Source of the DNA: the human T2T-CHM13v2.0 reference genome, Homo sapiens
Assembly: GCF_009914755.1 (NCBI RefSeq)
Contig: NC_060936.1
Strand: one strand, 5' to 3'
DNA: 64,000 nucleotides
The notes beneath the pieces were generated by a model. That model saw only the letters and a program-made list of their open reading frames with translations. It was not told the DNA's origin and ran no database searches. The translations under genes and the position numbers were made by a program. Shown one piece after another: positions 16,770 through 33,099 of this stretch (its first letter is position 1; every line of letters starts with the position of its first letter).

Positions 16770-17690
16770 CTGGCACCCTTTGTGCTCTGATTATGACGAG
16801 TTATTTTTCTCCTTATTTTTCTTTTTTATTAATTGGCGCATATGCCTCAAAACATAAAATCTTGTCCTTCAAACCTTTGTGCAGCTGAGTGAACTACTTT
16901 TTCTTTTTTTCTTGTTTCATTTGGCTTCTCTTGTTTTTATTTGGAAGTAAGCCGAAAGCATGAATATTCATGATGCTGTTAAACAAGATTTTTATTGAAA
17001 ACAAAAACAGATTCAAAGTTTCTTGTTTGTGGCTCTCTAGCCAGAGAGTAAAAGCCCCATTGAAAGATTGGTATCAGAGATTTGGGTTCTTTGCTGTTTA
17101 CTTTTGCTAAAAATGTAGATGTTTGGCTACTAAGGTGTTAGTCTGTTTTAGAAAAAAAATACAAAAATAAACCAGTATTACGTTTCTAGACTGCCCTTTT
17201 CTATCCTTGAGCACCAGAGGAAGACAAGATAAAATAATAAATGAAAAAAAGGGAGAAATATTGTTTTTCCTGTTTGTCCTAAGTTCAAGAGAAAGAAAAG
17301 ACACAAGCATCTACAGCTAAAAATGTGCCTTTGATTTTTCCCAGGCTTCCTTTACTTTCTGATTTCTAGAAAATTGATCCTCTTCATCCTTTTTAATTTG
17401 TGTGAGTCTCCGCCTGCTACCCCCGGCAGGAAAGAGGGCTGCATATTTTGTGAGGTTCATTAATCAACCCATTATTCTTCCTCACACATTCCAATGTGCA
17501 GGGCCACTCATTTTTCATGAGACCTATTGTTACTTGGCAGAAAATAAATACACCATCAAAAATGTATTGCGACACTGACTAAAATTTGAAGGGGAGTAAG
17601 CATTGCACTTTCGGTCTGTACAAACAATATTGATTTATGAAAAAGAAATTCCCAGGAGAGTCTTTAAAAATCAAACAAGTTTCCTCCTGA
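16770..17690. promoter_or_regulatory. Candidate enhancer or conserved non-coding block
   Basis: Repeat-free; AACAAT (17623) next to TGATTTATG (17631); ctttgat, ctattgtt, taatt cores; inference only. Confidence 0.35.
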
Positions 17691-18049
17691 TGGGTGGGGT
17701 GAGTTTGAGGCTTTGTGCCACAAGTCATTAATTTATTCACTCATTCCTTTAGTCAATACATATTTATTAAGCAGCTACTAAGTGTTAGCTCTCCACCTTG
17801 GGCAGTCAAGAGTGAGCAGAACAGACAAAAAAAGGGACCCAGTGGAGCTTACACTTTATGGGTAGGTGGACGACCACCAGACAACAAAATAAAATCACTT
17901 AAAAATACAGTGATAAGTTGAAAGAACAAAAATTAAATTTTAAGTATTATTTACCAAGTCTTATATCCAGAAACAATTTGAAAAAGAGAAGGAAGTCGAA
18001 ATGCAGGCCAAGCAATTTTCTTTTATTTTTTAAAAAATAAAAAAATGCA

Positions 18050-18362
18050 ATTATGATTATGATTATTTTTGATACAGGGTCTCTCTCACTCTGTCACCCA
18101 GGCTGGAGTACAGTGGTGCGATCATGGCTCACTGCATCCTTCACTTCCCAAGACTCAAGCGATCCTCTCACCTCAGGCTCCCGAGTAATAGCTCGAACTA
18201 CAGGCATGCGCCACCACACCCAGCTAATTTTTGTGTTTTTTTTAGAGACAGGGTTTTGCCGTGTTGCCCAGGCTGATCTATAGAAAGCCTGGACTCAAGC
18301 GATTCTCCCACCTCGGCCTCCCAAAATGCTGGGATTACAGGTGTGAGCCACCACGCCTGGTC
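18050..18362 (-). mobile_element. AluJ-type SINE
   Basis: atcatggctcactgc and ctcaagcgatcctc diagnostics. Confidence 0.93.
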
Positions 18363-18400
18363 GCAATTTTCACAAGTGTGTTAATACTTAAGGCAATGTG

Positions 18401-18686
18401 GGCTGGGCATGGTGGCTCACACCTGTAATCCCAACACTCTGGGAGGCCGGGGTGGGTGGATCACTTGATCCACTGTGTCTACTAAAAATACAAAAATTAG
18501 CCAGGCATGGTGATGTGCCTCTCGTCGCAGCTGCTGTTGGTGGGGGGGTTGTAGGGGGCCGGGTGCTGAGGTAGGAGAATCGCTTGAACCCGGGAGGCAG
18601 AGATTTCAGTGAGCTGAGATCACACCACTGCACTCCAGCCTGGGCGACAGAGTGAGACTCCATCTCAAAAAAAAACCAAAAACAAA
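18401..18686 (+). mobile_element. AluS-type SINE with left-arm deletion and G-rich insertion
   Basis: TSD acttaaggcaatgt (18386-18399, 18687-18700). Confidence 0.92.
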
Positions 18687-19119
18687 ACTTAAGGCAATGT
18701 TTCCAGAATGTGATTTGTGCATTTCTGGCTGTCCACCGATCCAGATCTTTAAATGATATTAATTATAAGTATACCATTTAATAATTAAATGGTCATAATT
18801 ACATATGTATCGTTAGGGTGGACTTTCATTTTTTATCAAGTAGCATGAGTTTTTCATTTATGAAGATAATATGAAGTTGTATTTTGTAGTAAATGTGTAA
18901 GTTAGAAAGGCACACTGTAAAGAAAAACATTATGTAAACTACAGAAATGGTAGTATATGGATATAGAAAGATGGGGATACACACCTGGCTCTTCCAGGGG
19001 GCTTCTAATACCTGCCTTCTATTCCAAAAATAATAACTGAAGAAGGAAATGGCAGACAAGACCGTGTTGATTCTTTAGTGACTGCAGTGTGACGGAGTGT
19101 CCCTGCGAAGGTGGTTTGC

Positions 19120-19622
19120 CTGACTCCGTTTTCTAGTGCTGCATAGCAGCCACTCCAGAGCACAGTGGATTCAACAAGCAGCTGCTTCACCGGCTCTTGA
19201 TTCTCTGGGTTGGCCAGGCAGGGCTCAACTGGCAGTCTTGTCTCTGCTCCATGTGGCATAGGCTGGATTTTCTCATGCAGCTGCAATCTAAGGTGAAGGA
19301 TTTCAGATGACCTCACCCTGTGTCTGGTCTCCCACGGGAGTGGCTGGACTGCTGAGCTTCTCCCTTTGTGGTCTTTCAACCTCTCTAGTTTCTCCCTTCC
19401 TGTGTCTCACCAGCTTTGTACCTGGGCTTCTTGACATGGCCGCACGGTGTTCCAGGAGAACAAATGTAGACACTGCTGGGCTCAAAGAGTCACACTGAGC
19501 CAGCCCAGAATCAAGGAAAGGGATATTTGACTCTGGATGGGAGCAGTGACAAAGTCATGTTGCAAGCAGACAAGAAGGGTGGGAAAGAGGGCGGCAGCCA
19601 TCTTTGGTAAAAATCTACTATG
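19120..19622 (-). mobile_element. MLT1 (G/H-like) LTR
   Basis: gagtcacactgagccagcccagaatcaagg...gcagccatctttggtaaaatctac. Confidence 0.7.
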
Positions 19623-22269
19623 ATCCACCTTCTGGAGCTGGGAGCAAACCAGCGCATGCAGGTTGGAAGCATATAGAAAAAAGTGGATGACTCTGGCTGG
19701 TTGTGTGTGTGTTGGGAGGTGAGGCACCACCCCGCAGGGGCTGGGGCAGTTTCAGAATAAGAAGAAGGAAGGGGAGAAAAATTGGCTCTTTGGCCATCTA
19801 TAGAAAGCCAAGAAAGATGATAGGTTTTGTACGACAAGCCTCAACATCTCAACAATTATGTTCGATTTTTAAAAAAATCCCAGTATGGGGAGAGACAGCT
19901 GTGACACGTGAAGGAGATGTGTGGAGACCACAGGTCAGAAGGTACAGAAGGAGGCAAAAGACCTAACATGAAAAAGATCTAGCGAAGGGGGCCCTTTTGA
20001 TTTGAAAGGAAGATTTATGCTTCTTTCCTTCTGCATATATTTGCCCATCTAGGTCCACAAGGATATAGACAAGATAACCAAAGTGTACTCGTGAGCTCCT
20101 TGGGAAGGTATATAAGAAACTCTTAAGCACATTCACACATCGAATAATAATAATAGAAATAACTATCATTTATCAAGTCCTTATTATATGCCTGCAGTGT
20201 GTTAATGCTTTGCACATATTAATCCACAGGAGGTTAATGCTCTGAATTTTTCAAAGTTACGGAAAATACTACTGGTGGCCTACCCAGCATCCACTTCCTT
20301 CATCTTAGCAGAATCCTAATGAAGTTCAGGTCCATGGATTTGCTCTTTCTCACCTATCCCTATACTTCAGGAAACGTGAATCTCACCCCCAGCTCCAGAA
20401 GTTGATGCGATTGGTCTTCTGATTCCTATTGTTGTTTACAAATTACTCAGAAATATAGAAGGTTAAAATGACCATTTGGTTTTGCCTCTAACTTTGTGGG
20501 GCAAGGCTTGGCTGGGCAATTCTCACTTGGGGTCTCCCATGAGGGAGGATGCAGAGGTGTTCGCCGGGGCTGAAGTTTCCTGAGAGACCCCCTGGATAGG
20601 ACCTCCAGGATGGAGCGCTTATATGGCTTGGAGTTGACACTGACCCTTGGCTGGATGCTGAGCTGGACTTTCCACCATGTGTGATCCAACCCCAAAACAG
20701 GAGAATCAAAGCAAAGATAGCAGACAGATTCAAGAAGAGGTTTGTGTGCAAACCGATATTCACAGGTACCCTGGCTTCCAACACATGCTTGAGTTCTGAT
20801 GTCTCACCTGCCCTGGTCCTGAGGACGGGTTGTCACAGAGACAGGAGCCTGCAGTCTCTCTGAAGAAGGCAGTTGATCCTGTCCCCTGTTAAAATTGGCC
20901 GAGAGGCATAGAGCAGGTGGGGTTGACTTGCCTGTGGGCAGTGGCAGGGTTCAGATACTGTATGCTGATTTTCTTCCTCCTCATGTCCACAAAATCAGCC
21001 AAATTAAGTGTGAAAGGTAGAAAGTTGAGGCCATATAACTAAGTCCTTCATGATTTCTCCCTTGCCCTTCCCTTTTCTGCTGTGACTACAGAGTGTCAAG
21101 AAAAATCTGAATTTTTGGTACTCCAAGCAAGCTCAAGAGAAGATGAGTCTAAGGTGTGATTACAGCTTGAAGCAAAGAGCTGCTGGGTAAATAAATCATG
21201 GTGGTCAAATCCAATTAAGTGGGTCTGCAGTGACTGGGTCTGCCAACTGAATTCAGTTTCACTCGAGACCAGGCTCTACCCACACGGAGGAGGTGGTTAA
21301 TTTCTGAAACAGAAGTGGGAAGGTTGGAGGCAAGTGCATGCTTTGCAGCCCGGCCGTCTGTGCTCAGGTTCAGGAGGGGAATATGTGACCTACTGAAGCA
21401 GTATTGTGGTCCTGAAAGATGACAAGGGAACCAGTAAGCAGGATGGGGCTGAGCAGCCTTATTCATCGTGAGAGAAACACCCTTTCTCCCACTGAGATAT
21501 GTATGTGACCGTAAACGTGTTCAGGAGAGAGTGCTCCTTACTCCCATTGCTGGGGAAAGCAGATTTTCCACTACAAGTCATTTTGATCATGAATAGAAAC
21601 ATATTATAATAGAAACGTATGATCTTGTTCTGTGGGTGATAAGTAAACATGACATCCATTGTATTGGTGTTTATAGATGACAGGTTGTGCACTCCCAGCC
21701 CTAGGAGAGAACAGCCAAGGAAACGAAGACAAAACAGGTGTGGGCCAGGGCACAGTAATCCAGGCCGACTTACGGGCTGTGGGGGAGCCCGGGGGTAGAT
21801 TGGCTCCTGTGAGCTCAGACTGTGGCCCCAGCAGCAAGGAGAGGAAGTTCACTGCAGCATGGATTCAGAAAACATCTGTGTCACATCTTGTGCTGAGTGT
21901 TTATAAAACAAAGATAAATGAGATTTCAGTCTTGTACTCTGGAAGCTCACGTTTCTACTACCAGATGGCAAATACGTCAGCTTTGCTCTATTTGGAGTAA
22001 ATGCTTGGGATGATGTGTTGAGGAGGATTCTGAGGCCATGCCTGAGTGAAGGAGAGAGGAGGACGTTGATTGTTGACATCTGCCCTGCACCAGAGGGAGA
22101 ATGGCAGCCTACACACCACGTGGGCTCTTTCAGGAACCAACTCTCTTAGTTTCAGGCAACAGAATCTTGACAGCAGACACACAAAGACTAAATCTGAGAC
22201 CCGATGCAGTCTTCAGAGATGTTTGCGTGATTTGCGTGGACTTTTCTTGTTTCATATTTTTCCTTATTT

Positions 22270-23260
<991 letters not shown>

Positions 23261-23281
23261 CTGTAAAAAAAAAAAAAAAAA

Positions 23282-23551
<270 letters not shown>

Positions 23552-23731
23552 TTAGGCAGTCTAGTGATGCCTAATGGTATATATTTTATTTAGCTCTCAA
23601 AGCCAACCTATGAAGTAGGCACTAGTGCTATGCAGAGTTTACTGAGGTTAATGCTGGGCACTGAGAGGTTACAGGTCAAGGTCATACAGCCAAACTTCAA
23701 AGGTCCAAGAGAAATGGGCCAAGTTTAAGAA

Positions 23732-23901
23732 AATGAGGAATAGTGGGATGGAGATAAGCATTTTCTGCCTACCTCTAATTTTCATATTCAACTGATGAGA
23801 GAATCCAGCCATTGAGAGCCCTGGATCATGCAGTTAGTAAGGATCTAAGTTCAACGAATGTGGACCAGAGTCCCTGTTTTGCACTGCCGGCCACATGACA
23901 G
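23732..23901 (+). repeat. Copy 1 of a ~170-bp local direct duplication (partly MIR-like)
   Basis: ~86% identical by manual alignment to 25111-25281. Confidence 0.9.
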
Positions 23902-24084
23902 TGGGAGTTGTCAAATCTTTCAGTTTCTCCTAAGAAGCCAGAAATCCATATATTTAAAATACAGTATGTCAATTTTAGTTCAACAATTTGTTTTTATCTG
24001 CTGAATAAGCCAGACAAAGCCTAGCAGTGAACCCCATTTTTAAAAATATCTGTCGTACACAATAGGGAGATATTACAGTTAGTA

Positions 24085-24310
24085 GATTGATTATATATCA
24101 TAATTCATTTTCTGTATCATTATATATAATTAGAATATCTCATATTTATATTTTAGTATTATAATTATATAATTATAATATATCATGGAGTGAGTATTAT
24201 AATATAATATTTAGTATTATAATTATATAATTATAATATTTAGTATTGTAATTATATAATTATAATACTAAAATTATATATTACATATTTATTATAGTAT
24301 ATATTATAAA
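24085..24310. repeat. AT-rich low-complexity tract with 29-bp units and a 34-bp palindrome
   Basis: tttagtattataattatataattataata at 24152, 24210 and 24239 (one mismatch in the third). Confidence 0.9.
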
Positions 24311-24990
24311 CACTGCTATAACAGAAACCCAAAATAATAATGATTTGGACAAAATACAATTTAGTTTCTTAATTTTATTTCCTTCTTTCTTGCTCACATA
24401 CCATCCAGCTGTGAGCAGTTTAGGGTTGTGTAATCACTTCGTGGTGCTGGGGACGCAGGATTCCTCTCATTCTTGTTCCATTGTCCCCGGAACATGGTCC
24501 CCTTTGCCCGGTGACTACCACCAGGCACCTTTCCCATCATGGGGAAGGAGGAGAAATGGGACAGGAAGGGCTCATCCCTTCACATAAAAGCCGTGGTGCA
24601 CCAGTAAGCATTTAACAACCAGATCTCTGCTGGGGGGCAGGGAGATTGATTGGTTGCTTTTGCCAGTTTCCATGGTGTACATATTCCCACCATCGCCAGT
24701 TTCAAGCTACCAACATGAGGTAAACTGAATGTGGAGTCTGGAAGGGATACTCACAGTACAGGCTGGGCTTTGCTGCTCTGGCACGTCACTGTTTTAAGAG
24801 CTCCATCTACACATTGCCTCTTTCACTTCCACCAACATCTCCAGAATTAGACACCTGTCTGCAAGGGAGGCTGGGGAATGTAGTTTTTCGTTGACATTAA
24901 GTCCAGTGGCCAGGTGGCCCAGCTACAAACTGAAGGTTCTTTTCTTATAGAAGAAATTGAGGGTAAATCATTGAGACCACTGGAAGTCTG
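24310..24990 (-). mobile_element. MLT1 (J/K-like) LTR interrupted by MER63 (24591-24791)
   Basis: gctataacagaaaccc...; gcaagggaggctggggaatgtagttt; MER63 tttaacaacc...ttcaagctaccaac. Confidence 0.7.
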
Positions 24991-25110
24991 CAGTACAAGA
25001 GGTTTTAGACAGGGGAGTATCAGGTTATTACAACTGGATTTAGAAGGTCCCACTGCAGCCTTGGAGGAGGCATGGAAGGGGAAGACTGGACCAGCAGCCC
25101 CTTTGGAGAG

Positions 25111-25281
25111 AATGGGGAATAGTGGAGGCGGAGGTAAGCATTCTCTGCATACCTCTAATTTCCATATTTGACTGATGAGAGAATGTAGCCATTGAGAGCC
25201 CTGGATCACACAGTTAGTAAGGATCTAAGTTCCATGAATGTGAACCAGAGTCTTTGTTCTGCACTGCTGGCCATATGAAAG
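25111..25281 (+). repeat. Copy 2 of the ~170-bp local direct duplication
   Basis: Shares agccattgagagccctggatca and cagttagtaaggatctaagttc exactly with copy 1. Confidence 0.9.
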
Positions 25282-25571
25282 CCTCCCTCAGGAGCCTGGT
25301 ACCCATGCTGAGAGATCAGGAGGGCCTGAATGAGCTCACTGTGGCTGGGGTAGAGAAGAGGACCTGGGTTTGAGAGACCAAGGAAGTGGGCTCTTTAGGA
25401 TTTGGTTGTTGGTTGATAGAAGTTGGTGGTAGGATGTCAGGGTTAAAAGGAGTTAGAAGATAGAGCATGACTCGGAAGTCTCTCTCCTGGATGATAGTGG
25501 TGTCATTGGTGAAAATAAGAAAAACAGACAGAAGACCAAGTTTTGAGGGGAAGGTAATGAATGCTCTCTTG

Positions 25572-25980
<409 letters not shown>

Positions 25981-26099
25981 TCAGATTGAAAAGTAATAAA
26001 GGTTCATATTAGTAGTTAACAAATTTGGAGATTACTAGTCAGAATTTCCCAGTGAATTCTGCAGAAGAGAACTCGTTGGGAGATAGAATAACTAGCTAG

Positions 26100-26640
26100 A
26101 GTGATTTCACTTATAAGTGACAGAAACCCAAATCAAGCTGGCTTAGGGGAGAAGAAGGGGGAAATAGTGGGTCATCTAAATAAAAACTGTGGTAGAACAA
26201 ACTTCAGGCATGGCTGGATCAAGGCCAATGACAGTGTCACCAGGACTGCCTTTAGACCCATCTCTCACCCCTGCTTTCTTCTGTGATGGCTTCATTCTCA
26301 GGCAGCCTCTCCTCACAGGGTAGCCAGGTGGCCACCAGCAAATCCAGACCTATGTCTTTTCAACTTAGTAAGTCCACTTGTTCAAGCCAAAGTCTTGGAG
26401 CTGCTTCCTAGTGGCTTCTATTAGTCCATGCAGCTATTCCTGAACCAATTCCTGTGAATGACTTTACCTGGCTTTAGTATCGTTCTCACCCCGAGAGCTA
26501 CAGTATGGGTCAGTCCCAGTGCCCCAGGCGGTGCCACTCATTGCCACCCCACTGAGTAGCAATGGCTACCCAAAAGAAAATAAAAGTTGTCACCAGAAAA
26601 AGGGAGAATGGGCGTTGGACAAGCCAAAGCTACAGATGTT
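26100..26640 (-). mobile_element. MLT1 (K/L-like) LTR
   Basis: aagtgacagaaacccaaatcaagctggctta...cttcaggcatggctggatc...cctgaaccaat. Confidence 0.7.
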
Positions 26641-28050
26641 GGTCAATGAATGCAAGTTTGCAGGGAGGGGCAGCTGCTTTCCATGTGGCCATATTTGATC
26701 AGGGAGATTCATGCACCCTCCTGTCCTAACCCGCAGGACTCCACTCTTGGCATACTCAATCATCAGTAGGTTTGGGATTTTGCCATTGGAGCTTTTCCCA
26801 GCTCAGCAGCTGGGTGGGGGGAATGCTTGATAGAGACCTTACCAAGAAAAAAAGGCAGCAAACCAGAGGCAGCCCCCAGCTACCCAGGGCTCAGGCCTGC
26901 CACGGTGACTTAACTTGAAAATGAGTAGCTAGGGAGAGGATGCGTGTTCATCAAAAGCCTGGGACTTCTTTGTGTTGTTTTTTAAAAGAAAGTTAATGAA
27001 GGCATGTTTGCAAAAAAAGAAAAAAATAACAATAACAGAATTCTATTGCTGACCTTGTCAGTGACCCAAATTTAAAAGCCATTTATCTTCTCTGTGTGTA
27101 ACTTGCACCTCAAAGTTTGCTCCTGGCAGCTATTAATTCAAAGAGGGGAAGAAGAGGCAGTTGGCATTTTAAAATCTACATGTTCTGATTCTCTTGCATC
27201 AGGTGCCGCAGGAGTCCAGACAAGGGACATAGAACTGTGCACTGCAGGGAGCGTCATGAACAAGGAGCATTGTGGGTGGGGGAGGCCTATGGACAATTGA
27301 TAAGTGCACACAGACCCCATCCGAAGACATTTTCAAATACTTTGAGTTATTTTGAAACTCTGTGTAGATCACCACCCCACCCCATCCCACCCACAAAAAC
27401 AAACAAACAAAACAAACAAAAAGAAAACAGTCTGAGAAAGGGACTTGGCCTGAAGACTGTCAGTGGGAGACCCTTAAAAGGGGAAGCAAAGTTTTTATTG
27501 TTCCTCATTTCCGGGAGCTCCTTCCTCATGGCCCAGGACTGCTGTGCACAGTTGTACAGGTTGTTCACTGCTCCAGCAGGCTCCATTGAGGGAATGATGG
27601 GTACTGATGTCCAGCCCACCTCATTGTTCACCAGGTCAGGATCTCATAGGCCTGTGCCCACCCAGGGAAATTTTTTGAGTAATTCATTCAAAGTTGATGT
27701 GTGTGATAGTGGTGATAGTGGTGTGTCACTCTCTATCAAAGCCCCCAGCAAAGGCCTCTACCTTTATTTTGCTTCAATTCCCAAGCCCCACCTTCCAGAA
27801 CTCCATTCTCCAGGGGTGATGGAGTTCCTAACCTAGGACCTGCTCATAAAAAGGCTTCTCAGGCAGAGATTTCAGTGCTATTTGGATGACACCTCATTCT
27901 AACCGCAAAAGCTTGTGTTGCAAACACAATCGGATTGGAGCGGGTGCCTCATTTTCTGTGTGTTCAGCAGAAGGTGGGTGCCTTCTTCACTGTGAAATCC
28001 AGCCTCCTTGGAGCTCTGGGAATGAATACAGCTTCTGCTTTGCATCTGTT

Positions 28051-28334
28051 ATTTTATTTGTTTGTTTTGTTTTGTTTTGTTTTTTTGAGACAGAGTCTCG
28101 CTCTGTCACCCAGGCTGGAGTGCAGTGGTGCAATCTCAGCTCACTGCAACCTCCACCTCCTGGGTTCAAGCAATTTTCCCTGCGTCAGCCTCCTAGTAGC
28201 TAGGATTGCAAGTGCCAGCCACCACACCCTACTCATTTTTGTATTTTTTAGTAGAGACGGGATTTCTCCACGTTGGTCAAGCTGGTCTCAAACTCCCAAC
28301 CTCAGGGGATCCGCTGGCCTCGGCCTCCCAAAGT
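28051..28334 (-). mobile_element. 5'-truncated AluS-type SINE with a (TTTTG)n tail
   Basis: Alu dimer ending at ctcccaaagt. Confidence 0.93.
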
Positions 28335-28796
28335 AAAGGTGGAATTCCAACAGGGAGACAGTGGAGGTATCAGCGGACCTGAGGATGTAGTCAGACTTTT
28401 TATTTCCCTGTTTGAGCATTCCTGGTTTCCCTTGCGTTCTTGTGTATTTATTTCTGGTTTTCCCAAAATTGTTTGTAATGTGAAGTCGAAAACCTGAATA
28501 TTTTTATAGAAACAAAACTTCACCACGGTGAAGACATGAAAGGATCTGGCATTCTTCGGAGCTCTTCCTCCTGAAGGAAAGCCACACTCTAACTCTTTGA
28601 TCTCTTCTTGTTTTATTGTTGTATTTTACTTCATTTAGAAAAGTATAAAGTCCCTAAATCAGTAGTAGGGGGAGCAAAAATGTCCACAGGCCCATATATG
28701 CGTAAGCCACAAAAAGGAATGCTTGTAACCTTGATGAAGGTCTGTAATACCTATTTTGGAGGAAGAGAAAGAAGATGAGAGCCCCAGTGTGGGTGC

Positions 28797-29600
<804 letters not shown>

Positions 29601-29699
29601 TGAAGCATGTCCCTGGAAGGGCCTGCCTGGCTAGAGCCTGTGTTCCCCGTTCCTCTCCCATCTCGGTGTGCCATGAGATACACACCAGCTCTTGTCCAT

Positions 29700-29980
29700 C
29701 TAATGTGAGCAGAGCTGGCCTGTGTTGCTTCTGTGCCCCATTTGTGTGCCTTCCCTACTCCCTCCCTCCTTATCTGTGGCTAGATACAGAGGACACCGAG
29801 GTCCTAGGGAGTGGGCAAACTCCAAGATGTGAGTTGAATGGCCATGTGCAGGAGACCAAGCCTCCAGCCACGGGCCCACCTTGGATTCATGTGTGAGTCA
29901 TAAATAAACCTGTATCATGTTAAACCACCAACACTCTGGCATTTACTTTTTCCAGCAGCTGGCCCTCCCCTAAATAACAC
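29700..29980 (+). mobile_element. MLT1-type LTR 3' part
   Basis: gtgagtcataaataaacc...gttaaacca...taaataaca. Confidence 0.55.
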
Positions 29981-30433
29981 AGGTATTTCAACAGACAAGG
30001 GAGGAGACCAGAAACCCTGTTTAGTGATTGGCCAACAGTGTCCCCAAGCTAAGTTCTGTCTAGACACCTAATCTCCTGATGTCACGTCAGGCAACAGTTC
30101 TCCACTTCCATTGTGAGTCATTAGTTTCTTTGATCTTTCCTCCACCATCAGCCTTGGAGAATACCGTTCATGAGCAAAGGGAGCCCATGCATTAAATGGT
30201 GCTTCCAAGGGTAACACTCTTCAGGACTGATACACCAGCACGGCAAGGACTGCCTTGGACCTCCCTTTCTCCCCTGCATGCACTACAGTTGGCCCTCCCC
30301 ACATCCTAGTTGGGGGTGGATGATATTCAGCATGAGCCAGGTCCCCAGACCTTAGCTGATGGACCAGGAGCAGGTGATCTCACCCAGACTGAGCTGACCC
30401 TGTCTCCTTTTAGGGCATTTGAAAATAGAATGT

Positions 30434-30785
30434 AGCATGGTGGCTCACACCTGTAATCCCAGGACTTTGGGAGGCTGAAGCAGGAGGATCACTTGAGGCC
30501 AGGAGGATGGTTTGAGACCAGCCTGGGAAAAATACTGAGACCCCCATCTCTATAAAAAATGAATAAATAAGTAAATAATTAGCTAGACATGGTAGCACAT
30601 GTCTGTGGTCTGAGCTACTCAGGAGGCTGAGATGGGAGGACCTCTCAAGTCCAGGAGTTTGGGACTTCAGTGAGTTATGATTATGCTACTGCACTCTAGC
30701 CTGGGCAGCAGAGAAAGACCCTGTCAGAAAGAAAGAAAGAAAGAAAGAGAGAAAGAGAGGGAGGGAGGGAGGAAGGAAGAAAATA
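30434..30785 (+). mobile_element. AluJ-type SINE with a (GAAA)/(GGGA) tail
   Basis: ggaggatcacttgaggccagg; TSD aaatagaat. Confidence 0.92.
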
Positions 30786-31150
30786 AATAGAATACAAAAT
30801 ATAACACAGATGAGAAGAGCAGACCTGCAAGGCTGTGTGAGCATTAGGGCCTCAGGTACCACTTAGGGACAACGGTGAGGGGTGTACATGCCAGTGAGTG
30901 AATGGAGATGAGCGAGAGTAGGACAGAAGCAGACACAGAGAGGGGAGAGAAGGAGGAGAGTAAATCCGGGAGGAATTTCCCGTTTTCCCAAGACTTGGGT
31001 GTGCTTTCTGCAATCACGTCCCTTGAGACGTCCTCCTATGCTTGTTGGTCTATAAGCAGTGTCAGAGTTCTGTGTCTTCTGTCCAAATGTCTCCTTCTTT
31101 AAACCCCTGGTGAGGAGACACCCACATAGATAAGCTGTTCATCATCCTGA

Positions 31151-31463
<313 letters not shown>

Positions 31464-32279
31464 TCTTCATTTCTTCATTCACATGAGAGATACTCATGAG
31501 TACACTCGACATGCCTAGCACTGTCCACAGCCAGGCGTCCACCCAGGTGACACCAGGACAATCCATTCTCCTAGGCACGTGGTGAGGGCCTGCCTGGGAT
31601 TTCCTGTCTCATCCTACCCTGAACCCAGGCCTGCCCTCACGAGCACTGGAGTGAGACCCTGCTTGGGTGTGGTGTGAGGGCCCCAAGGGCCAAAAGAACA
31701 CCCTCAAGGGTGGCAGTAAGCATGCCACGCGTTAAGGTGCAGAACCTGACTACATGCATGCTAGGCTCTCAGCTGTGGTTCTGCGGCACCGGGTGCTCAG
31801 TTAGCCGGTTGCTGATTGCCTTGCAGCAGGGCTGTGATGAGGGTGTGTCTGTGGGAAGGAGGATGTGCACAGGTGAGGAGAGGCCCGGGGATAAGGGAAG
31901 GCGAGTGAAGCACTGGGAGTGAGGTTGAAGGGGCCTCCAAAAGACTCCAGAGTAAAGATAACATTGCATGAAAATAAGGTATTTTTGAAAAATCAAAATT
32001 AATGCCAAAAAAACCCATATAGAACCATATATCTAAGTTTTAAATAAAGACAGAACAGGGTGGGGAGGTGGAAGTCAAAGTGGGAGAAGGGCCCAGAAAT
32101 GAGACAGCGATGCCGCTGCTGCGATGGAGAACTAGCCAGCATGTGTGAAGGGGAGAGCACAGGAAAGAAGGAGCCAGCACAACCTCCCTCTGGGAGCTGC
32201 AGACCCAGGGATCCAAGTTGTCCTTGAAGAGAACCGCTGGAGAGTCAGCAAAATCCTAGAACAGAGGGAAGAAATACTG

Positions 32280-32845
<566 letters not shown>

Positions 32846-33099
32846 TGGCTACATAGGGGAAGAGATAAAGCTGCAAATGTGCTGAGGGGAGGTATTTCTT
32901 CATCCTGGTACCTGATAAAGACTTTGCCGAGCTTTTGAGCCAGCACTTGTGGAAGGAGTAGGATTTCAACATGATAAGGAAGAGGGGCTTTCAGGTGAAG
33001 GTCAGAAGATGTGAGGCAGCTGGAAGGTCAGGCAGGGACAGTGGAATTGTTGAAACCTCCCATGGAATTGGGAACTCATGGCGTTCATAGTGCAAGCAT

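Noticed and set aside
27237-27836. 199-aa ORF in mostly unique sequence
   Set aside because: Non-ATG start, runs through an (AAAC)n low-complexity tract, no recognisable homology
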